Positions 58,495 to 64,000 of a stretch of 64,000 nt of DNA are shown piece by piece (within the stretch, counting starts at the first letter, position 1; every line of letters begins with the position of its first letter). This DNA is from Thermodesulfobacteriota bacterium (GTDB lineage Bacteria; Desulfobacterota_D; UBA1144; Nemesobacterales; Nemesobacteraceae). The stretch is from positions 388,486-452,485 of the forward strand of contig OZ253668.1 of the NCBI GenBank assembly GCA_965263275.1. Reading direction: 5' to 3'. Made by a program: the position numbers and the translations under genes. Under the pieces are notes generated by a model. That model was not told the origin of the DNA and ran no database searches. It worked only from the letters and a program-made list of their open reading frames with translations.

Positions 58495-59751
58495 TTATGT
58501 TCCAACCTGCCAGGAGCTTAGGTATTTTTTCTGTTCCGCAGTCAGGGTATCTATGGTGACTCCCAGAGTTCTCAGTTTTATCCGGGATATCATACGGTCT
58601 ATATTTTCCGGGACATCGTGAACGTCGTTCCCAAGAGCCTGTGCGTTTTTAACTATATACTCGCAGCAAAGCGCCTGGTTAGCAAAACTCATGTCCATTA
58701 CGCTTGAAGGATGCCCCTCGGCCGCGGCGAGATTTATAAGCCTTCCTCCGCCGAGGATGTTGATTCTCCTTCCGTTCTCAAGCGTGTGTTCTTCAACGTA
58801 CTCCCTTATGACTCTTTTTGATGTTGTTATTTCGGCAAGTGCGTCCAGATCAAGCTCCACGTTGAAATGCCCGGAATTGGCCACAATCGCCCCGTCTCTC
58901 ATTTTCTCGAAATGCTTTTTTCTTATGACGTGTATGTTGCCCGTAACGGTGCAGAAGAAATCTCCGAGCGCCGCCGCCTTCTCCATGGTCATTACCCTGA
59001 ATCCGTCCATCGTGGCCTCAAGTCCCGCAAGCGGTTCAACCTCGGTCACGATCACGTTAGCTCCCATTCCCCTGGCTCTCATGGCAAGCCCTTTTCCGCA
59101 CCATCCGTATCCCGCGACTACGAAGGTAGTACCGGAAATAAGCCTGTTTGTGGCCCGTATGATTCCGTCAAGGGTGCTTTGTCCCGTACCGTAGCGGTTA
59201 TCGAAAAGGTGCTTGGTATCCGCGTCGTTAACGGCGATTATGGGATACTTCAGGACCCCGTCATCCGCCATGCTTTTGAGTCTTATTACTCCCGTTGTCG
59301 TTTCTTCCGTTCCTCCGACTATGTCGTCCATCAGGTCTTCGCTGTCTTTGTGCAGTGTCGATACCAGATCCGCTCCGTCATCCATGGTTACGTGAGGGTG
59401 GGCGCCGAGCACGGCGTTTATGTGCTTGTAATAGGTTTTAGTGTTTTCTCCCTTTATCGCGAAAACGGAAATTTTATGGTTTTTTACGAGATGGGCGGCG
59501 ACGTCATCCTGGGTGCTGAGCGGGTTTGACGCGCAGAGGTAAGGCTCGGCCCCTCCGGCCTTAAGCGTGGTCATCAGGTTTCCCGTCTCCGTGGTAACGT
59601 GAAGACACGCGGCGACTCTTACTCCCTTAAGCGGCTTTTCCTTTCTGAACCTCTCTTCTATCTGCTTCAGAACGGGCATTTCCTGAGCGGCCCATTCGCT
59701 TCTTAGTTTCCCCTGTTTGGAAAGCTTTAAGTCTTTTACGTCGTAATCCAT
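58495..59751 (-). CDS. ahcY: Adenosylhomocysteinase
   Basis: 418 aa with an NAD-binding [10 protein letters not shown] and overall SAHH conservation. Confidence 0.9.
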   Translation of the reverse strand: MDYDVKDLKLSKQGKLRSEWAAQEMPVLKQIEERFRKEKPLKGVRVAACLHVTTETGNLMTTLKAGGAEPYLCASNPLSTQDDVAAHLVKNHKISVFAIKGENTKTYYKHINAVLGAHPHVTMDDGADLVSTLHKDSEDLMDDIVGGTEETTTGVIRLKSMADDGVLKYPIIAVNDADTKHLFDNRYGTGQSTLDGIIRATNRLISGTTFVVAGYGWCGKGLAMRARGMGANVIVTEVEPLAGLEATMDGFRVMTMEKAAALGDFFCTVTGNIHVIRKKHFEKMRDGAIVANSGHFNVELDLDALAEITTSKRVIREYVEEHTLENGRRINILGGGRLINLAAAEGHPSSVMDMSFANQALCCEYIVKNAQALGNDVHDVPENIDRMISRIKLRTLGVTIDTLTAEQKKYLSSWQVGT

Positions 59752-59801
59752 TTATTCCTCCGTCGTTTTTTTGCGGTCTGTGACTCCTAGCCCGGTTCGG
59801 C

Positions 59802-60950
59802 TCAGGTGTCCTCTACAGCTTTTTTAAGTTCCGCGATTCTGTCTGTCCTCTCCCAGGAGAACGTTTCTTCGTTCCTGCCAAAATGCCCGTAAGAAGCGGT
59901 TTTTCTGTAAATGGGTCTTAGGAGCTCGAGGTGCGAGATTATTCCCTCGGGAGTGAGATCGAAAACTTCTCTCACGGCTTCTGATATCTTTTTTTCCGGC
60001 AAAACGGCAGTGCCGAAGGCCTCGATCATTACCGAAACCGGTTCCGCGACTCCGATAGCGTAGGCAATCTGCACTTCGCAACGCGAGGCCAGAGAGGCCG
60101 CGACTATGTTTTTCGCTATGTACCTTGCCATATAGGCCGCGCTCCTGTCGACCTTGGAGGGATCCTTCCCCGAAAACGCCCCCCCGCCGTGCCTTGACCA
60201 TCCGCCGTAGGTGTCAACGATAATTTTTCTTCCGGTAAGGCCGGTGTCTCCCATCGGACCCCCGATTACGAAGTTCCCCGTGGGATTTATATGAATTTTC
60301 GTGTTCTTCGAGATAAGTGTTCCCATGCAGTGGTCTATTACGTTTTGCCTGATCCCCTCAACGAGGTCCTCATGTGAGACGTCCTCTGAGTGCTGAGATG
60401 ATACCACCACCGCGTCTACTCCGACCGGTTCCCCGTTTTCGTACTTGAATGTGACCTGGCTTTTCCCGTCAGGTCTTAAAAAGGGCAGGGTGCCGTCTTT
60501 TCTTACCTCGGAAAGGCGCCTGGCCAGCTTGTGGGCGTAGAGTATGGGGGAGGGCATGAACTCTTCGGTTTCATCGCACGCGTAACCGAACATTAATCCC
60601 TGGTCTCCGGCTCCTTTCCTGTCAACTCCAAGCGCTATATCCGGGGACTGCCTGTCAATCGTCAGGAGAACCGAGCAGGTATTCGCGTCAAATCCCATGG
60701 CGCTGTCGGTATAGCCGATCTCTCTTATCGTGTTTCTTGCCACCTGCTGTATGTCGACTTGGCTTTTAGTCGTTATCTCTGCGGAGATTACCACAAGACC
60801 GGTTGTGATCAGTGTTTCGCACGCGACCCTGCTATCGGGATCCTGCTCGATCATAGCATCGAGGATGGCGTCTGAAATCTGATCCGCAATCTTGTCCGGA
60901 TGGCCTTCCGTTACGGATTCTGAGGTGAATATGAAGTTTTTCGGGGGCAT
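59802..60950 (-). CDS. metK: S-adenosylmethionine synthase
   Basis: [25 protein letters not shown], and [19 protein letters not shown]. Confidence 0.95.
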   Translation of the reverse strand: MPPKNFIFTSESVTEGHPDKIADQISDAILDAMIEQDPDSRVACETLITTGLVVISAEITTKSQVDIQQVARNTIREIGYTDSAMGFDANTCSVLLTIDRQSPDIALGVDRKGAGDQGLMFGYACDETEEFMPSPILYAHKLARRLSEVRKDGTLPFLRPDGKSQVTFKYENGEPVGVDAVVVSSQHSEDVSHEDLVEGIRQNVIDHCMGTLISKNTKIHINPTGNFVIGGPMGDTGLTGRKIIVDTYGGWSRHGGGAFSGKDPSKVDRSAAYMARYIAKNIVAASLASRCEVQIAYAIGVAEPVSVMIEAFGTAVLPEKKISEAVREVFDLTPEGIISHLELLRPIYRKTASYGHFGRNEETFSWERTDRIAELKKAVEDT

Positions 60951-60974
60951 TAAGCGGACCTCAAAAGCCCAAGT

Positions 60975-61002
60975 AATATAATTACTCTGGTCTTTCTGTC
61001 AA
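60975..61002 (-). promoter_or_regulatory. Putative sigma70 promoter of metK (short leader, no riboswitch-sized 5' UTR)
   Basis: On the minus strand: TTGACA (61002-60997), 16-nt spacer, TATATT (60980-60975), about 25 nt before the metK ATG. Confidence 0.45.
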
Positions 61003-61376
61003 CAACTTGGTTTCCAGGTTTTTTTGAGGAAATAATTTGCTTGTGGGGAGATGCATCTCAGTCACAACCTGTTCGCGGAGTTCATCGGGAAAGGGTGAAA
61101 GGAAGCGGAAGTAAATAATGTCTTCGGTTATACCTCTCAGTGTCGGTACGATAAAAAGGCTGTTTCAGATTCTTGTTTCGAAGCCAAGTCAGCAAACTCA
61201 AAAGCTTTGACGAACGAAGAAATCAGGCAATTCGAAAACGAGCTTTCTATAGAGCGCACGGTGGCGATTCCTTTCGCAAGGGAACGCAATGGGTCTAGCA
61301 TGCTGCCCAATGCTTCAGCGGATAAAGACTTTTCGTTTCTAGCCATGTTGCTTGGATATGAGGGTTTTAAGCTTCG

Positions 61377-62837
61377 CTAATTATGTTGTTCAACTACGGA
61401 TTTGATCAGGAATTCGGAGAATTCCTGGCTTAGAGCTTGCCCCAAAGTGAAGCAGAAAAGGCTTGTTGGACAGAACAGAATTTTTTTATCGCTGTATTGC
61501 CGGAGATCATATTTGGTAAGAGTACAGCAAACCAATTGTTTTAAACCGGCATGTTTATTTTCTTCGGCGAAATCAAGCAGTCCTTTGATTTCTGATGAGT
61601 ATTTGAGCGGTCTGTCGGACCACTTGATTTCAACTGCTATTAAGGGGTTTATAGGATTCATGATTACTAGATCCACCTCTCCGTTTTTCCAGCGAGCGTA
61701 ATATGGTTTTTCTGAGTATTCAGTAAAGTGAAAGTAGTGACTGAAAACTGCTGTCTCCGCCAGCTTTCCCAGAACAGTTGTGTTATTCTTGTCCAAAGTG
61801 CCGAACAATGCTGGGTACATTGAGGCGTTTGTAAGATAGACTTTGAATTTGTGCTCTCTTTTGAACTTTTTCGCATTCCTGTCAACCCGGCTGACGCGTT
61901 TTATTAGAAAAGCAGCTTCGAGATATTCCAGATACCTTGATATCGTGCCTTTCGCTACATTCGAGTCTTGAGAGATGCCTGGCAGATCAACTTCCTGCCC
62001 CGTGTTGTGGACAAGAGTCACAAACAGCCGGTTAAGCTCTGGAATATCGCGGATTCCATACAGGCTCGGCAGGTCGCGCAGAAGTACCTTTTCTATAATG
62101 TCGTCCCTGATAAAACGACCTGGGTTTGCTCTGATCTCTTTTGAGAATACGGCTTCAGGGTAGCCCCCGAAGTTTATGTAATCCACAAACTCTTTGTTGA
62201 GATCTTCAATTTTTTCAAGAAGCTTTGAGTAGCTGGAGGGATAGTCTTTTCTTTGAACAGGAAACCTTTTTTCTTCGTCCGAGAACTTAATATATTCATA
62301 AAACGTCAAGGGAGGAAGGATGAAGTCGGTGAACCTTCCGGCGCCAGACTCGTCGCTTTTCAGCTTCAGTGCGGCGGCGGCCGAACCTGTGGCTATGAAG
62401 CGGTGCTGCGGGTAGGAATCAACCAAGGATTTCAGATGTTTTTCCCAGCCGCTTAGATATTGGATCTCGTCAAAAAAAAGATAACAAGACTCCTCTTGCG
62501 TTAGGGTGTTCCGTTCAACGAACATAAGGAGTATTTTTTCAAGCGATAGGCCTGAGTACAGAGGGTTGTCAAGAGGGATATAAAGAATCCGTTTCGGTTT
62601 AACTTTTTGCTTTACAAGTCTAGCAATCGCCTGATAAATCATAACGGTCTTACCAACCCTGCGGGGGCCCATAAGCACGACCGCCCGGTTGATCTTTTTC
62701 TCGTTTACCACTTCAAAAAACGGGGCGAAATAGACTCGTTCAGGAGCTTCTTTCCACCTTATGTTGTTTCGATCTTTCCACCAAGGATTATCGGTGCGGA
62801 GGCGCTGGAGCATCTCCTCTTCTGAGACTTTTAGCAT
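61377..62837 (-). CDS. AAA+ ATPase of the AAA_14 / DUF4143 family
   Basis: Walker A LMGPRRVGKT and Walker B LFFDEIQ; C-terminal DUF4143-like region. Start chosen at MLKVSEEEM. Confidence 0.7.
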   Translation of the reverse strand: MLKVSEEEMLQRLRTDNPWWKDRNNIRWKEAPERVYFAPFFEVVNEKKINRAVVLMGPRRVGKTVMIYQAIARLVKQKVKPKRILYIPLDNPLYSGLSLEKILLMFVERNTLTQEESCYLFFDEIQYLSGWEKHLKSLVDSYPQHRFIATGSAAAALKLKSDESGAGRFTDFILPPLTFYEYIKFSDEEKRFPVQRKDYPSSYSKLLEKIEDLNKEFVDYINFGGYPEAVFSKEIRANPGRFIRDDIIEKVLLRDLPSLYGIRDIPELNRLFVTLVHNTGQEVDLPGISQDSNVAKGTISRYLEYLEAAFLIKRVSRVDRNAKKFKREHKFKVYLTNASMYPALFGTLDKNNTTVLGKLAETAVFSHYFHFTEYSEKPYYARWKNGEVDLVIMNPINPLIAVEIKWSDRPLKYSSEIKGLLDFAEENKHAGLKQLVCCTLTKYDLRQYSDKKILFCPTSLFCFTLGQALSQEFSEFLIKSVVEQHN

Positions 62838-63421
62838 GGTGGTTAATATAATGCGGAGAAGGAAAGATGTCAAATAAGAGTAATTAATAGTTCCTATTTG
62901 ACCACAAGCCAAATAGTTTAGCTATAACAGCAGGTTGCAGTCATCAAATAGTGCTTGCCGTAATTAGCTATGACAGATTTTGTGGTTTTCTACCAACATG
63001 CTAAGGAAGGGATGATCAGGAGTGCTTCTTTTGGGGACTATACAGGAAAGTTTGTCAACTTTCCTGTATAGTCCCTTTACTTTTGTATCATCGGCAATCT
63101 TATTACTAAAAGATAACCGCTTCTGTGCCACCTCTATCTCGGCAGTAATATCTGTCTCCTTCACGGCATTCATATACTTCTGAAGCACTATCTGCACCTA
63201 AGCCGCGGCTAGACTCCCGTTGCGAGACATTATTCCAAGCTTGGGTCATTGCTTCTGTCAGCCGTTATTCTTCCACTGGCATTTTTCAGTACTCAAGATG
63301 AAGCGAGCACCTGCTTTGGTATTCAGTAGGTCGACTCGGGCGGAGATAAAGCACGTGGGTTTTTCCTGCCGTTTGGGTAAAATACCAGATAATCCCACTG
63401 CAGCTTTTCGGAGAAAGTTAA

Positions 63422-64000
63422 ATGAAAAAACTCCTCGCCCCCTCGATACTCTCGTGCGACTATCTTAACCTTGAAAAAGAAGTAACCGCCGTCTGCCAGG
63501 CGGGTGCTGACCTTATACACGTGGACGTTATGGACGGGCATTTCGTTCCGAACATAAGCATAGGAATACCCATAGTGGAAGCGATTGCCCGGATGGAGTC
63601 GCCGCCCCAGATGGACATACATCTGATGATTGATAATCCCGAGAAATTCACGGAAAAATTTATAGACGCGAGCTCTCCTCACGTGAAGATCGTCACTGTG
63701 CAGATGGAGGCCTGCAACCTTCTCTACAGCGCTCTTTCCTCCATCAGGTGGAGAGGGGTTATGGCGGGGGTGGCCCTTAACCCCGCAACCCCTATAGGCG
63801 TGATAGAGGAAAAACTGATGGAGCTTATAGACGTAATAGTGATAATGACCGTGGAACCGGGGTTCGGAGGTCAGAAGTTTATCCCGGAAATGCTGTCGAA
63901 AATAAGCGATCTGAGATCTCTTCTTGACGGAATGGATGGGAAAAAACCGCTTATTGAAGCTGACGGGGGGATAAATCTCGAGAATATAGGGGAAGTGATT
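63422..64000 (+). CDS. rpe: Ribulose-phosphate 3-epimerase (3' end lies outside the window)
   Basis: SILSCDYLNLEKEV ... HVDVMDGHFVPNISIG ... MTVEPGFGGQKF. The ORF runs to the window edge. Confidence 0.85.
   Translation, partial: MKKLLAPSILSCDYLNLEKEVTAVCQAGADLIHVDVMDGHFVPNISIGIPIVEAIARMESPPQMDIHLMIDNPEKFTEKFIDASSPHVKIVTVQMEACNLLYSALSSIRWRGVMAGVALNPATPIGVIEEKLMELIDVIVIMTVEPGFGGQKFIPEMLSKISDLRSLLDGMDGKKPLIEADGGINLENIGEVI

Noticed and set aside
60951-61130. Possible SAM riboswitch upstream of metK
   Set aside because: The leader between the predicted sigma70 promoter and the ATG is only ~25 nt. There is no room for SAM-I/II/VI folds and no conserved riboswitch helices were seen.
1-64000. CRISPR arrays, tRNA or rRNA genes
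   Set aside because: No regularly spaced direct repeats of 25-40 bp were found. No T-loop GTTCGAATC-like cloverleaf candidates were seen in the intergenic gaps examined, and no rRNA-like segments. Absence was judged by eye only.

Overview
This window appears to come from a bacterial chromosome of roughly 55% GC. Two conserved housekeeping blocks flank a mosaic accessory region of about 36 kb (roughly 900-37450) that reads as a defence and mobile-element island. The left flank is the 3' end of dnaK (3..881). The right flank runs from 37.5 kb to 64 kb and carries aceE-aceF-lpdA, rpsT, holA, ndk, cysC, proA, recN, pdaD, nfo, cdsA, ybeY, scpAB, xerD, ahcY, metK and the rpe 5' end. The island is a patchwork of low-GC (~38-45%) and high-GC (~58%) segments. 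Its contents, left to right:
- A DUF5131 (phage Gp37/Gp68, three-Cys motif) plus TcmP partner pair.
- A DUF4238 protein (Rst_DUF4238-like) beside a 721-aa ABC/SMC-type ATPase.
- A single-polypeptide Type ISP restriction-modification enzyme (Mrr nuclease, SF2 helicase, gamma N6A methyltransferase, TRD) split by a frameshift inside a G10 homopolymer tract, flanked by IS256 and IS3 remnants.
- An AAA+ ATPase plus S8 subtilase pair (IetAS-like).
- A compact CBASS operon (Cap15-like 2TM effector, CD-NTase, and an extra Cys-rich SEC-C-motif protein).
- A truncated tyrosine-integrase N-domain translationally coupled to a standalone SIR2.
- A DUF805 membrane protein and a PLD (HKD) nuclease fusion.
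- A nest of IS1634, IS21 and IS4-like elements.
- A repeat-bounded cassette carrying a HicBA-like toxin-antitoxin pair.
- An intact IS30 inserted 28 bp upstream of a GmrSD/BrxU-like type IV restriction enzyme.
No tRNA, rRNA or CRISPR array was recognisable. The most promising candidates for undescribed biology are the DUF5131+TcmP module, the CBASS-associated SEC-C protein, the DUF4238-adjacent ATPase and the integrase-fragment/SIR2 couple. All domain calls rest on motifs read by eye and on recalled family signatures, and should be confirmed by HMM searches.
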